From Chloroflexota bacterium (GTDB lineage: Bacteria > Chloroflexota > Dehalococcoidia > UBA2979), in the NCBI GenBank assembly GCA_027622315.1, contig JAQBZW010000003.1, forward strand, positions 1 to 41,774: a stretch of 41,774 bases of DNA, in the 5' to 3' direction. Both the position numbers and the translations under genes were made by a program. A model generated the notes under the pieces. The model saw nothing but the letters and a program-made list of their open reading frames with translations. It was not told where the DNA came from and did no database searches. Below are positions 26,462 to 36,771 of the stretch, one piece after another (positions within the stretch are counted from its first letter, which is position 1; every line of letters begins with the position of its first letter).

Positions 26462-27208
26462 CTACATGTACTGTCCGCCGTTGAGGCTCATCTGGGCGCC
26501 GGTGTAGAAGCCGCCTTCTGTGCACAGGAAGCGGACGGTCGCCGCCACGTCCTCGGCGGTGCCGAAGCGGCCCAGCGGAATCTGCGAGATCAGGTTCGCC
26601 TTCACCTCGTCCGACAGCGCCATCACCATGTCGGTCTCGACGAAGCCGGGGCAGACCGCGTTCACGGTGACGTTGAAGCGCGCGAGCTCCTTCGCGGCCG
26701 ACTTCGTGAAGGCGATCATGCCCGCCTTCGCGGCGGCGTAGTTCGACTGCCCGAGGTTGCCCATCTGGCCAATGATCGAAGACATGTTGATGATGCGGCC
26801 GTAGTTGCGGTCGCGCATGCCGCCGACCACGGCGTGCGTGCAATAGAACATCGAAGAGAGGTCGGTCTCGATCACCGAGTCCCACTCTTCGACCGACATG
26901 CGCTGCACCGTGCGGTCACGGTTGATGCCGGCGTTGTTGACGAGGATGTCGACCTTGCCGAACTCTTTCTCGGAGGCCTCGATCAGCGCCTTCGCCTGAT
27001 CGGCCTTCGAGACGTCGGCCTGCACCACGAGCGCCTTCACGCCGTGCGCCTCGATCTCCTTCGCAGCGGAGTCCGCGGCGTCCTTGTTCGACGTGTAGTT
27101 CACGACCACGTTTGCGCCGTGCTTCGCCAGCTCGATCGCGCATGCGCGGCCGATCCCGCGGCTCGCGCCGGTGACCACGGCCACCTGGCCGTCGAGTGCC
27201 CCTGCCAT
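26462..27208 (-). CDS. 3-oxoacyl-ACP / acetoacetyl-CoA reductase (FabG/PhaB-like SDR)
   Basis: TGASRGIG, NNAGINRD, GQSNYAAAKAG, C-terminal NGGQYM typical of PhaB. Confidence 0.9.
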   Translation of the reverse strand: MAGALDGQVAVVTGASRGIGRACAIELAKHGANVVVNYTSNKDAADSAAKEIEAHGVKALVVQADVSKADQAKALIEASEKEFGKVDILVNNAGINRDRTVQRMSVEEWDSVIETDLSSMFYCTHAVVGGMRDRNYGRIINMSSIIGQMGNLGQSNYAAAKAGMIAFTKSAAKELARFNVTVNAVCPGFVETDMVMALSDEVKANLISQIPLGRFGTAEDVAATVRFLCTEGGFYTGAQMSLNGGQYM

Positions 27209-27423
27209 CAACTTCCCCCCTCGGTCATACGGCGCCGGCCGACCCGGCGTGGTCTCAGTGTGCTCGGCAGTTACTAACGGATCGCCGCCTGTGCGGCAAT
27301 CTGTGACGCCCGGCGCGGCCCGAGCGAGAGTGCGCGCGACCGCATCTGCTATCACTGCGCGGCGACGCTGGCGCGACCGAGGCGTGCCGCCCCGGCTGCC
27401 GCAACGGGATGAGGAGGGCGTCG

Positions 27424-28281
27424 ATGGCCGACCCGATGATCGCCATTGGGGCGCTGCGCGTGCACGCGGTGGTGGAGTCGATGCTGTGGAGTTCGCCCAC
27501 GGTGTACCTACCAGAACAGGACGCCCGAGTGCTGGCCGAGCGAGTGGCGGCGTGGACGTCCGTCAGCTTTGACGCCGACGGCCGCATCTGCTCGCCGGTC
27601 CGCAGCTACGCGATCGAAACGCCCGAGGGGATCGTGCTCGTTGATACGGGCCTCGGGCCGGGGAGCGCGCTCGCCGCGTCGTCCCGTTGGCGGGTGGAGC
27701 TGTTCCCGTACCTCGAAGGGCTGCGGGCCGCAGGTATCGCCCCCGAGGATGTGCGCGCGGTGCTCGTCACCCACCTCCACCCGGACCATTGCGGATGGCA
27801 CACGCGCGTCGTAGACGATCGGCGTGTGCCCACGTTCCCGAACGCCCGCTACGTGGTCGCGCGCCCGGAATGGGAGGGCTGGCCGGACGCTCGGCCGGCG
27901 TGGGTCGACGAACGGCTGCTGCCGCTCTTCGACGCCGGCCTCGTCGACCTCGTCCCCGCCGACGCGACCGTCTCGCCGTACGTTCGGCTCGAGCCGTCGC
28001 ACGGCCACACGCCGGGGCATGTGTGCGTGCGCATCGTCTCCGACGGCGAAGCAGCCGTGTTCAGCGGCGATGTGCTGCACCACAAGTTGCAACTCGCAGT
28101 TCCGGACGAGCCGGACGGCACGGACCGGGACCCGGTGCGGGGCGTCGCGGCGCGACGTGCGTTCTACGAGCGGTGCGCGCGGGAGGGCGTAGTCGTCTTC
28201 GGCGCCCACTTCGAGGAGCCGGCGGTCGGTCGCTTCGCGCGTGACGGCGATGGCTTTCGCTTCGACCCGCTACCGGCGTGA
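27424..28281 (+). CDS. MBL-fold metallo-hydrolase
   Basis: VDTGLG, THLHPDHCG, FPNARY, GHTPGH, GDVLH, FGAHF; GAGGAGG RBS. Confidence 0.92.
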   Translation: MADPMIAIGALRVHAVVESMLWSSPTVYLPEQDARVLAERVAAWTSVSFDADGRICSPVRSYAIETPEGIVLVDTGLGPGSALAASSRWRVELFPYLEGLRAAGIAPEDVRAVLVTHLHPDHCGWHTRVVDDRRVPTFPNARYVVARPEWEGWPDARPAWVDERLLPLFDAGLVDLVPADATVSPYVRLEPSHGHTPGHVCVRIVSDGEAAVFSGDVLHHKLQLAVPDEPDGTDRDPVRGVAARRAFYERCAREGVVVFGAHFEEPAVGRFARDGDGFRFDPLPA

Positions 28282-28306
28282 TCGGCGGCCTCCGCGCCTG
28301 GCTACC

Positions 28307-30028
28307 TCAGACGGCGGTCGGCGGGACGTATTCGCCCCACTCCTCACGGAGCACGCCGCACATCTCGCCGAGCGTCGCGTACGTGCGCACGGCCTCCATG
28401 ATCGGCTCCATGAGGTTGGTGTCGTCGCGGGCGGCCGCGCGCAGCCGCGTGAGCGCGGCTTCGACGACGGCCCCATCGCGCCCGGCGCGCAGCTTCGCGA
28501 GCCGCTGCAGCTGGGCGTTCGCGACCTCGAGGTTCGGCCGGAAGATCGGATGCACGTCTTCGTTCTCGTCGACGTATTCGTTCACGCCCACGATCACGCG
28601 TTCGCCCGACTCGACCTCACGCTGGTGGCGCACGGACGCTTCCTGGATCTCGGACTGCATGTAGCCGGACTCGATGGCGGCGACGGCGCCGCCGATGTCC
28701 TCCACCCGGTCCATGATCTTCTGCGCCTCGGTCTCGAGTTGGTTCGTCATCGACTCGACGTAATACGACCCGGCGATCGGATCGACGGTGTCGGCCGCGC
28801 CGGATTCGTGTGCGATGATCTGCTGCGTGCGCAACGCGATCTGCTGCGCCTGCTCCGTCGGGAGCGCGAGGGCCTCGTCGTAGCAGGAGAGCGCAAGCGA
28901 CTGCACACCGCCGACCACGGCGGCGAGCGCCTGGATCGCGGCGCGCGCGATGTTGTTCAGTGGCTGCTGCGCCGTGAGCGTGGAGCCGCCGGTCTGGGTG
29001 TGCGTGCGCAGCATCCACGAGGACGGCTGCTTCGCCCCGAAGCGCTCGCGCATGAGCCGCGCCCACATCCGGCGCAGCGCCCGGTACTTCGCCACTTCCT
29101 CGAAGAAATGGTTGTGCGTGTTGAAGATCCACGAGATGCGCGGGGCCACGTCGTCGATGTCTGCACCCTGGCGGCGGCATTCCTCGACGTATGCGATCGC
29201 GTTCGCGAAGGCGAAGGCGATCTCCTGCGCTGCCGTCGAGCCGGCCTCGCGGATGTGGTAGCCCGAGACCGAGATCGAGTTGAACTTCGGCGTCTCGCGC
29301 GCGCAGTAGCTGATCAGGTTCGCCGCGAGGCGCACCGACTGCGCCGGCGGGAAGATATACGTCCCGCGGGCGACGTACTCCTTGAGCACGTCGTTCTGGG
29401 CGGTGCCCATGATCACGCTCGGCGCGTGGCCCTGCTTCTCAGCCGTCACGATGTACATCGCCACGAGCATCGCCGCCGGTGCGTTGATCGTCATGGACGT
29501 CGAGATCTCGTCGAGCGGGATGCCCGCGAACAGCGTCTCCATGTCCGCCAGCGAGTCGATCGCGACGCCGACCTGGCCCACCTCGCCCACGGACATCGGG
29601 TCGTCCGAGTCGTAGCCGGTCTGGGTGGGCAGATCGAAGGCGGTGGAGAGGCCGGTCTGGCCGTTGCGGATCAGGTGCTGGAAACGGTCGTTCGTCTCCT
29701 GGGCCGTGCCGAAGCCGGCGTACTGGCGCATCGTCCACAGCCGGCCGCGGTACATCGTGGGCTGTACGCCGCGCGTGAACGGGTAGGCGCCCGGGAAGCC
29801 GATGTCCTGCAGGTAATCGCTGTCCGCGACGTCGAGCGGCGTGTAGACGCGCTCGCTGGGCGTAGACGAGGCTTCGAAGCGCGGGCGACGCTCGGGGAAG
29901 CGGGAGAGCACCTTCTGGAGCGTGCGCTCCTCCCACTCGGCCTTCGCAGCGGCGAGTGCGCCGTGCGTGCCCACCTCGGTCGTGCCGCTCGGGGCGCTGC
30001 GCGCCGCGCCGTCCTGTGTGTTCGTCAT
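28307..30028 (-). CDS. Methylmalonyl-CoA mutase family, large substrate-binding subunit (no B12-binding domain)
   Basis: PFTRGVQPTMYRGRLWTMRQYAGF, FDLPTQ, QNDVLKEYVARGT, SGYHIREAG, DEALALPT; no DxHxxG domain. Confidence 0.93.
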   Translation of the reverse strand: MTNTQDGAARSAPSGTTEVGTHGALAAAKAEWEERTLQKVLSRFPERRPRFEASSTPSERVYTPLDVADSDYLQDIGFPGAYPFTRGVQPTMYRGRLWTMRQYAGFGTAQETNDRFQHLIRNGQTGLSTAFDLPTQTGYDSDDPMSVGEVGQVGVAIDSLADMETLFAGIPLDEISTSMTINAPAAMLVAMYIVTAEKQGHAPSVIMGTAQNDVLKEYVARGTYIFPPAQSVRLAANLISYCARETPKFNSISVSGYHIREAGSTAAQEIAFAFANAIAYVEECRRQGADIDDVAPRISWIFNTHNHFFEEVAKYRALRRMWARLMRERFGAKQPSSWMLRTHTQTGGSTLTAQQPLNNIARAAIQALAAVVGGVQSLALSCYDEALALPTEQAQQIALRTQQIIAHESGAADTVDPIAGSYYVESMTNQLETEAQKIMDRVEDIGGAVAAIESGYMQSEIQEASVRHQREVESGERVIVGVNEYVDENEDVHPIFRPNLEVANAQLQRLAKLRAGRDGAVVEAALTRLRAAARDDTNLMEPIMEAVRTYATLGEMCGVLREEWGEYVPPTAV

Positions 30029-30125
30029 CAAGTCCCTCTCCGGGCGCGACCAGCCTCGGGCATCGAGGCGACGCCGGAATGCGCGGACGGGGGCGGAAGG
30101 AGGGCGACGCCTGTGCGGCGGCTGC

Positions 30126-30551
30126 CTAGTGCGGCGCCTCGACCATCACGAGCGCGTCGCCGCGAATGACCTCCGTGCCGTCCTGATTTGTGACGATTGT
30201 ATCGAGCGACACCCGGCTGCGCTCCACGTCGACCTTCGTGACCGTGGCCGTGGCCGTGATCGTGTCTCCGGCAACGACCGGCGCACGGAACTGCATGTTC
30301 TGGGCCATGTAGATCACGACGGAGTTCGGGGCGAGCTTCGTCCCGATCGCGGCGGAAATCACGCCTGCGCCGAGCATCCCGTGCGCAATCGGCTGCTTGA
30401 AGCGCGTGCGCGCGGCGTACGCAGCGTCTGTGTGCAGTGGGTTGTGGTCGAGCGTGACCTCGGCGAACTGCTCGACGTCGCGCTGCGTGACTGTCTTCGC
30501 GATGCTCGCACTGGAGCCCACCTTCAGTCCCTGGACCTCTTCGTCAGACAT
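30126..30551 (-). CDS. MaoC family (R)-specific enoyl-CoA hydratase (PhaJ-like)
   Basis: FAEVTLDHNPLH, IAHGML, QNMQFRAPV.AGD. Confidence 0.9.
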   Translation of the reverse strand: MSDEEVQGLKVGSSASIAKTVTQRDVEQFAEVTLDHNPLHTDAAYAARTRFKQPIAHGMLGAGVISAAIGTKLAPNSVVIYMAQNMQFRAPVVAGDTITATATVTKVDVERSRVSLDTIVTNQDGTEVIRGDALVMVEAPH

Positions 30552-30611
30552 ACCGCAGCCTCTCTCGATCTCGACCCGACGTGTGGGACGCGGCGCATCG
30601 TATGAGGTGTT

Positions 30612-30754
30612 CCCGGCCTCCGGGCAAGCGGCGGCTGAGAAGCCGCCGACACGAGCGTGGCCGTGCGGTACGCATCCCCCGGCGAGGTGCCTGTTCCCGT
30701 ACGGGCAGTAGGTGTGTCGGCGGCTTCTCAGCCGCCGCTTGCCCGGAGGCCGGG
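30612..30754. repeat. Perfect 41-bp inverted repeat with 61-bp spacer (REPIN/MITE-like)
   Basis: 30612-30652 CCCGGCCTCCGGGCAAGCGGCGGCTGAGAAGCCGCCGACAC is the exact reverse complement of 30714-30754; each arm has an internal 8-bp hairpin with a GAGA/TCTC loop. Confidence 0.9.
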
Positions 30755-30827
30755 CAGCTCGGAATCCTCCCCCCCAACGCGCGCGAAGCATGTAAACGCA
30801 CTTAATCGCTATAAAATGCATATATCG

Positions 30828-30856
30828 TTGACATTGCCCGAGAGCGCGAATAGCCT
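30828..30856 (+). promoter_or_regulatory. Sigma70 promoter of the suf operon (TTGACA-N17-TAGCCT) with upstream AT-rich block
   Basis: Consensus -35 with exact 17-nt spacing; unusually AT-rich 30789-30835 in a GC-rich genome. Confidence 0.75.
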
Positions 30857-30907
30857 CGATGCGAGGGCTCACACCGGGGCGGATGACTGCCCGAGACGGG
30901 GAAACCC

Positions 30908-31597
30908 ATGGAACGCACGCGCGACGAACTCATGCACCTGCTGCAGGCACGCGGAGAGTGCTCCGTGGCCGAGCTCGCGGTGAGTGTCGGCGTGTCCGAG
31001 GGCTCCATCCGTAGGCACATGGACCTCATGGAGGCAGACGGGCTCCTGTCCGTGCGCCTTGAGCGCCAGCCGCGTGGCCGGCCGGCGGCGCGCTACTCGC
31101 TGAGTGAAGCGGGCGAGGAGCGCGGCTCCGCCGCGCACTACTCGCGCCTGCTCGATCGCATCTCGCCCGCGCTCGCGAGCCTCGGTGAGGCGGACGTGGC
31201 CGGGCTGGACGGTCGCGGCGTGCTCGATCGACTCTTCACGGAGCTGGGCGAGGCGCGCGCCCGTGATCACGCCGCGTCCGTGCGTGCCGAGCGGCTCGAC
31301 GAGCGCGTGCGCCAGGTCACGGCTGCGCTGCGCGACGAGGGCATTCTCAGCGACGTCAGCGACGAAGGCGACGCCTTCCGGCTGAGCAACATGGCGTGCC
31401 CGTACCGCTCGTGCGCTGAGGATCATCACGCCCCGTGCGACGCAGACCGGCGCACGATCGAGATGCTGATCGGACTGCCCGTCGTGCAATTGAGCACGGT
31501 CGCGGGCGGGGGCGACAGCTGCGAGTACCTGGTCGTGAAGGCCGACGAACACATGGAACACACGGACGTAGCGGCACCCGCGTCGCAGGTCTGTTGA
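30908..31597 (+). CDS. sufR: SufR-like Fe-S cluster-sensing transcriptional regulator
   Basis: N-terminal HTH (IRRHMDLMEADGL, RGRPAARY), C-terminal CPY Cx12Cx27C, first gene of the suf operon. Confidence 0.8.
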   Translation: MERTRDELMHLLQARGECSVAELAVSVGVSEGSIRRHMDLMEADGLLSVRLERQPRGRPAARYSLSEAGEERGSAAHYSRLLDRISPALASLGEADVAGLDGRGVLDRLFTELGEARARDHAASVRAERLDERVRQVTAALRDEGILSDVSDEGDAFRLSNMACPYRSCAEDHHAPCDADRRTIEMLIGLPVVQLSTVAGGGDSCEYLVVKADEHMEHTDVAAPASQVC

Positions 31598-31640
31598 GAC
31601 AGTTTACCGAACAGGGCGCAGAAGGAGACAGCAGCCAGCG

Positions 31641-32423
31641 ATGAGTGAGCCGATCCTCGAACTCCGCGATCTCAAGGTCAGCATTACCGACCAGCGCGAC
31701 ACCCAGATCATCAAGGGCGTCGATCTGAAGATCGGCCGTGGCGAAGTGCACGCGCTGATGGGGCCGAACGGCTCCGGCAAGAGCACGCTGGCAACGACGA
31801 TCGCCGGCAGCCCGTCGTACACGGTCGACAGCGGTCAGGTGATCTTCAAGGGCGAAGACATCACCGCCCTCAAGGCAGACGCGCGCGCGCGCATGGGCCT
31901 GTTCCTCTCGTTCCAGTACCCGACCGTGATCCCCGGCGTGACGATGGTGAACCTGCTGCGCGCGGCGATGAAGGCGCGCACCGGCACCGATCTGCCGCCG
32001 CGCGAGTTCCTCGTGCAGCTCCGCGCGACGCTCGAGACGCTGAAGATGGACGAGTCGTTCGCCCGCCGCTATGTGAACGACGGGTTCTCCGGCGGCGAGA
32101 AGAAGCGGGCCGAGATCCTGCAGCTGGGCATGCTCAAGCCGGATCTGGCGATCCTCGACGAGACCGACTCCGGGCTCGACGTGGACGCGCTGCGGACCGT
32201 CGCCGAGGGCGTGAACGCACTGCGCACCCCCGAGATCGGCGTACTGATCATCACCCACTACCAGCGCATCCTGAACTACATCACGCCGGACTTCGTGCAC
32301 GTGCTCGTCGCCGGCCGAATCGTCCGTTCCGGCGGTCCCGAGCTGGCGCTCCAGATTGAAGAGAACGGTTACGACCCGATCCTCCAGGAACTCGGGATAG
32401 CTGAGGAAGCGGTGACCGCATGA
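31641..32423 (+). CDS. sufC: Fe-S assembly ATPase SufC
   Basis: [44 protein letters not shown]. Confidence 0.97.
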   Translation: MSEPILELRDLKVSITDQRDTQIIKGVDLKIGRGEVHALMGPNGSGKSTLATTIAGSPSYTVDSGQVIFKGEDITALKADARARMGLFLSFQYPTVIPGVTMVNLLRAAMKARTGTDLPPREFLVQLRATLETLKMDESFARRYVNDGFSGGEKKRAEILQLGMLKPDLAILDETDSGLDVDALRTVAEGVNALRTPEIGVLIITHYQRILNYITPDFVHVLVAGRIVRSGGPELALQIEENGYDPILQELGIAEEAVTA

Positions 32424-33835
32424 CGACAACCGAACAGAACAAGCAGATCGTCGGCGAGTACAAGTGGGGCTTCCACGACGACGAGGCGCCGCTCTTCATG
32501 GCCGAGAAGGGCCTGAACGAGGGCGTGATCCGCGGCATGTCCAAGATGAAGGACGAGCCGGCATGGATGCTCGAGTTCCGACTCGACGCCTACAAGCGCT
32601 TTCTCGAGCTGCCGAACCCGTCGTGGGCGGGCAGCCCGGAGGTGCTCGCAGCGCTCGACTTCGACGACATCCACTACTACGTACGCGCGACCGATCGTGA
32701 CGCCACGAACTGGGAGGACGTGCCCGCGTACATCAAGGACACGTTCGACAAGCTCGGCATCCCCGCGGCGGAGCAGCAGTTCCTCGCTGGCGCGGGCGCC
32801 CAGTACGACTCTGAGGTCGTCTACCACAACATCCGCGAGGACCTCGCCGAGCAGGGCGTGCTCTTCCTCGGGATGGACCAGGCGCTCGCCGAGCACCCTG
32901 AGATGGTCGAGGAGTATTTCGGCACGATCATCCCGCCCGGCGACAACAAGTACGCCGCGCTCAACTCGGCCGTGTGGTCGGGCGGCTCGTTCATCTACAT
33001 CCCGAAGGGCGTGAAGGTCGACATCCCGCTGCAGGCCTACTTCCGCATCAACACGGAGAACATGGGCCAGTTCGAGCGGACGCTGATCATCGCGGACGAG
33101 GGCAGCCAGGTGCATTACGTCGAGGGCTGCACGGCCCCGACCTACACGACCGCGTCGCTGCACTCGGCGGTGGTCGAGATCATCGTGAAAAAGGGCGCGC
33201 GCGTCCGCTACACGACGATCCAGAACTGGTCGAACAACGTCTACAACCTCGTCACGAAGCGCGCCTACGCGTACGAAGACGCGATCATGGAGTGGGTCGA
33301 TGGCAACCTCGGCTCCATGCTCACGATGAAGTACCCGTCGGTCTTCCTGATGGGCGAGCGCGCGCACGGCGAGGTCCTCTCGCTCGCGTTCGCCGGCAAC
33401 GGACAGCACCAGGACGCGGGCGGCAAGATCGTGCACGTCGCGCCGAACACGTCCTCCGCGATCGTGTCGAAGTCGGTCTCGCGCGGCAGCGGTCGCACCT
33501 CGTATCGCGGCCTGCTCAAGGTCTACGAAGGCGCGAAGAACTCGACCTCGACGGTGCGCTGCGACGCGCTGCTGCTCGACCCGCTCTCGCGCTCGGACAC
33601 GTACCCCACGATGGAGATCGACGAAGAGCAGGTGAACATCGGGCACGAGGCCTCGGTCTCGAAGCTCGGTGAGGACCAGCTCTTCTACCTGATGGCGCGC
33701 GGCATCGATGAAGAGAGCGCCGCCAAGATGGTGGTGAACGGCTTCGTGGAGCCGATCGTGAAAGAGCTCCCGATGGAGTACGCGATCGAGCTCAACCGCC
33801 TGATCGAGCTCCAGATGGAAGGGTCGGTGGGCTAG
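32420..33835 (+). CDS. sufB: Fe-S assembly protein SufB
   Basis: [44 protein letters not shown]. Confidence 0.97.
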   Translation: MTTTEQNKQIVGEYKWGFHDDEAPLFMAEKGLNEGVIRGMSKMKDEPAWMLEFRLDAYKRFLELPNPSWAGSPEVLAALDFDDIHYYVRATDRDATNWEDVPAYIKDTFDKLGIPAAEQQFLAGAGAQYDSEVVYHNIREDLAEQGVLFLGMDQALAEHPEMVEEYFGTIIPPGDNKYAALNSAVWSGGSFIYIPKGVKVDIPLQAYFRINTENMGQFERTLIIADEGSQVHYVEGCTAPTYTTASLHSAVVEIIVKKGARVRYTTIQNWSNNVYNLVTKRAYAYEDAIMEWVDGNLGSMLTMKYPSVFLMGERAHGEVLSLAFAGNGQHQDAGGKIVHVAPNTSSAIVSKSVSRGSGRTSYRGLLKVYEGAKNSTSTVRCDALLLDPLSRSDTYPTMEIDEEQVNIGHEASVSKLGEDQLFYLMARGIDEESAAKMVVNGFVEPIVKELPMEYAIELNRLIELQMEGSVG

Positions 33836-33837
33836 GC

Positions 33838-35094
33838 ATGGCTGAAACCACCATCACGACGACGGCAGGCACGCACGCCGCGCAGTACGGCGAGGACGCC
33901 GTGGTCGCCGCGGCGACCACGCGCGGTGAGCCGGACTGGCTACGCGATCAGCGTGCCGAAGCCGCGCGCGCGTTCGGCGCGCTGCCGATGCCCACGCCGC
34001 AGTTACGACCGTGGAAGTACACGGACGTGACCGCGCTCGCGATCGACGGCTACGCGCCCGTGACGGACGCCGGCTGGATGCGCGTGCAGGGCGGTACCCC
34101 TGCACGCGGCTTCGCCGGCACGATCGCAGACGCCATCGCCGACGCCGACCACGGCGAGCGAGTGCGCACGCACCTGGGCAGCATGGTGCGCGCGACCGAA
34201 GGCAAGTTCATCGCGGCGAACGCCGCGCTCTGGAGGACCGGCGCGTTCGTGTACGTCCCGCGCGGGCAGGCCTTCGCCACGCCCGTCACCGTCACGCTCG
34301 AGGCGCCGGCCGAAGCCGGCCGCGCGCTCTTCCCGCGCGTCCTGATCGTGGCCGAGCCGGCGTCGGAAGTTACCGTCGTGCTCCGCAACCACTCGGGTGA
34401 CGCGGACCTGCTGGTATCCGCCGTGGTCGAGATCATCGCCGGCGACGACACCAACGTGCGGCTCGTGCTCGACGGCCGCTGGGGCGACGCGACCCGCGAG
34501 TTCACCACCGTGCGCTCGCGCCTCGGGCGCGCCGCGCACGTGCAGACCGCCTCGCTCGCGATCGGCGGCGCGCTGGTGAAGCAGACCGTCGAAGGTCTGC
34601 TCGAGGGCGAGGGCTCGACCTCTTCGATCCGCGGCGCCGCGCTCGGCGGCCGCGAGCAGCACTTCGACTTCGTCACGCTCCAGGACCACATCGGACCGAA
34701 GACCGAATCCGACGTGGAAATCAAGGCGGCGCTCGCCGGCGCTTCGAAGTCCATCTACTACGGCATCACCCGCGTGGAGGAGACGGCCGCCGGTGCCGCC
34801 GCCAACCAGGTGAACCGCAACCTGCTGCTCTCCGGACACGCGAAGGCGGACTCCGACCCCGTACTGGAGATCCTGACGTCGGACGTGATCCGCTGCGGCC
34901 ACGGCGCCACCGTCGGGCCCGTCGACGAGGAGGCGTTGTTCTACCTCCAGAGCCGTGGACTCGACCGCCGGGAGGCCTTGCAGTTGCTCGTCGCGGGCTT
35001 CTTCCGCTCCGTGCTCAAGGACGTGAATGTGCCTGGCCTCGAGGATGAGCTGGAAGCGGCCGTGATGGCCAAGCTCGCGACGGCCGAGCTCTAG
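33838..35094 (+). CDS. sufD: Fe-S assembly protein SufD
   Basis: WKYTD, NRNLLLS, PVLEI, CGHGATVG, LFYLQSRG. Confidence 0.93.
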   Translation: MAETTITTTAGTHAAQYGEDAVVAAATTRGEPDWLRDQRAEAARAFGALPMPTPQLRPWKYTDVTALAIDGYAPVTDAGWMRVQGGTPARGFAGTIADAIADADHGERVRTHLGSMVRATEGKFIAANAALWRTGAFVYVPRGQAFATPVTVTLEAPAEAGRALFPRVLIVAEPASEVTVVLRNHSGDADLLVSAVVEIIAGDDTNVRLVLDGRWGDATREFTTVRSRLGRAAHVQTASLAIGGALVKQTVEGLLEGEGSTSSIRGAALGGREQHFDFVTLQDHIGPKTESDVEIKAALAGASKSIYYGITRVEETAAGAAANQVNRNLLLSGHAKADSDPVLEILTSDVIRCGHGATVGPVDEEALFYLQSRGLDRREALQLLVAGFFRSVLKDVNVPGLEDELEAAVMAKLATAEL

Positions 35095-35150
35095 CGCGTT
35101 CGTCGCCTCGCCCGCGAGCGATCGGCTGACGATCGGTTGAAGGGACCGCT

Positions 35151-35492
35151 GTGAGCAAGCGCCGCGTCTGCGCCGCCGCCGAGATTCCGGAGGGCGAGGT
35201 TCGCGTCGTCCAGTGCGGCGATCGCTCACTCGCCGTGAGCCACGTGGACGGCGCGTACTACGCGATCGACAACGTGTGCACGCACGACAACGGTCCACTC
35301 GGCGAAGGCCGGCTGCAGCGTGGGCGTGTGATCTGCCCGCGGCACGGCGCCGCCTTCGACGCGAAGACCGGACGCGTGCTCAGCCTCCCGGCTGTGCGCG
35401 ACGTGCGTGCCTTCGAAACCAGCCGTGACGGTGACGACGTGCTCGTCGAATGCGACGACGCGGACGGCACGTCCGGCGCGGCGCACGGGTGA
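35151..35492 (+). CDS. Rieske [2Fe-2S] ferredoxin
   Basis: CTH...CPRHG with all ligands intact; typical member of this suf operon type. Confidence 0.93.
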   Translation: MSKRRVCAAAEIPEGEVRVVQCGDRSLAVSHVDGAYYAIDNVCTHDNGPLGEGRLQRGRVICPRHGAAFDAKTGRVLSLPAVRDVRAFETSRDGDDVLVECDDADGTSGAAHG

Positions 35493-35508
35493 TCGGACGA
35501 GAGACACC

Positions 35509-36771
35509 ATGACGGCACAAAACGGCCACCGCCCATTCGACGTCGGAGCCATCCGTCGCGACTTCCCGATCCTGAAGCGCGAGGTGGCGTCTGGCGCGCG
35601 GCTCGTCTACCTCGACAACGCCGCCACGTCACAGAAGCCCGTGCAGGTGATCGCGGAGATCACCCGCTACTACCGCGATCACAACGCGAACATCCACCGC
35701 GGCGTGCACACGCTCTCCATGGAGGCGAGCGAGCTGTACGACGGCGTGCGCGAGAAGGTGCGCGCCTTCATCAACGCACCGCGCGAGAGCGAAGTCGTCT
35801 TCACGCGCAACACCACGGAATCGATCAACCTCGTGGCGTACGGGTGGGGACGGAAGTTCCTCGCGGCCGGTGACGAGGTCGTGATCTCGGAGATCGAGCA
35901 CCACTCGAACATCGTGCCCTGGCAGGTGCTGCGCGACGAGCGCGGGATCGTGCTGAAGTACATCCCGATGCTGCCGGACGGCACGCTTGACCTCGAGTAC
36001 GCCCGCCAGGTGATCGGTCCGCGCACGAAGCTGCTCGCGATCACGGCGATGTCGAACGCGCTCGGCACGATCGTGCCGCTGCACGAGCTGATCCCACTGG
36101 CGAAGGCGCACGGCGCGGTCGTGCTTGTCGACGGTGCGCAGTCCGTGCCGCACATGGCGGTGGACGTGCAGGCGCTCGGTGCGGACTTCCTCGCGTTCTC
36201 ATCGCACAAGATGCTCGGCCCGACCGGTGTCGGCGTGCTCTGGGGACGGCAGGAGCTGCTCGCAGCGATGGATCCGTTCATGAGCGGCGGGGACATGATC
36301 CTCACCGTCACGATGGAGTCCGCGACCTGGAACGAAGTGCCGTACAAGTTCGAGGCAGGCACGCCGAACATCGCCGGCGTGATCGCGTTCGGCGCGGCGA
36401 TCGACTATCTCCAGTCGCTCGGCATGGAGCGCGTCCGGGCGCATGAGCTCGAGCTCGTCGACTACGGGCTGCGCCGGCTCGGTGACGTTCCGGGGGTCAC
36501 GATCTATGGGCCGCCGGATGCCGCGGATCGCGGTGGCGTGATCTCGTTCTCGGTCGAGGACGTGCACCCGCACGACGTGGGGCAGGTGCTGGACTCGCAC
36601 GGTGTGGCCGTGCGCGCCGGGCACCACTGCGCGCAGCCGGTGATGGCCGCGCTCAATGTGCCGGCCACCGTGCGCGCCTCCTTCTACATCTACAACACCC
36701 CCGCTGAGATCGATGTGCTCGCCGGCGCGATCGAAGAGGCGAACCGCTATTTCGGAGTTCTCAGTGCCTGA
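35509..36771 (+). CDS. sufS: Cysteine desulfurase SufS
   Basis: YLDNAATSQKP, EHHSN, DGAQ, SHKMLGPTG, RAGHHCA. Confidence 0.96.
   Translation: MTAQNGHRPFDVGAIRRDFPILKREVASGARLVYLDNAATSQKPVQVIAEITRYYRDHNANIHRGVHTLSMEASELYDGVREKVRAFINAPRESEVVFTRNTTESINLVAYGWGRKFLAAGDEVVISEIEHHSNIVPWQVLRDERGIVLKYIPMLPDGTLDLEYARQVIGPRTKLLAITAMSNALGTIVPLHELIPLAKAHGAVVLVDGAQSVPHMAVDVQALGADFLAFSSHKMLGPTGVGVLWGRQELLAAMDPFMSGGDMILTVTMESATWNEVPYKFEAGTPNIAGVIAFGAAIDYLQSLGMERVRAHELELVDYGLRRLGDVPGVTIYGPPDAADRGGVISFSVEDVHPHDVGQVLDSHGVAVRAGHHCAQPVMAALNVPATVRASFYIYNTPAEIDVLAGAIEEANRYFGVLSA

Noticed and set aside
28241-30169. Long antisense and alternate-frame ORFs (here and for example 3159-4646, 23197-25047, 32369-33646, 39992-41422)
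   Set aside because: They shadow well-supported genes, are Arg/Ala/Pro-rich and lack motifs; expected from stop-codon scarcity at high GC
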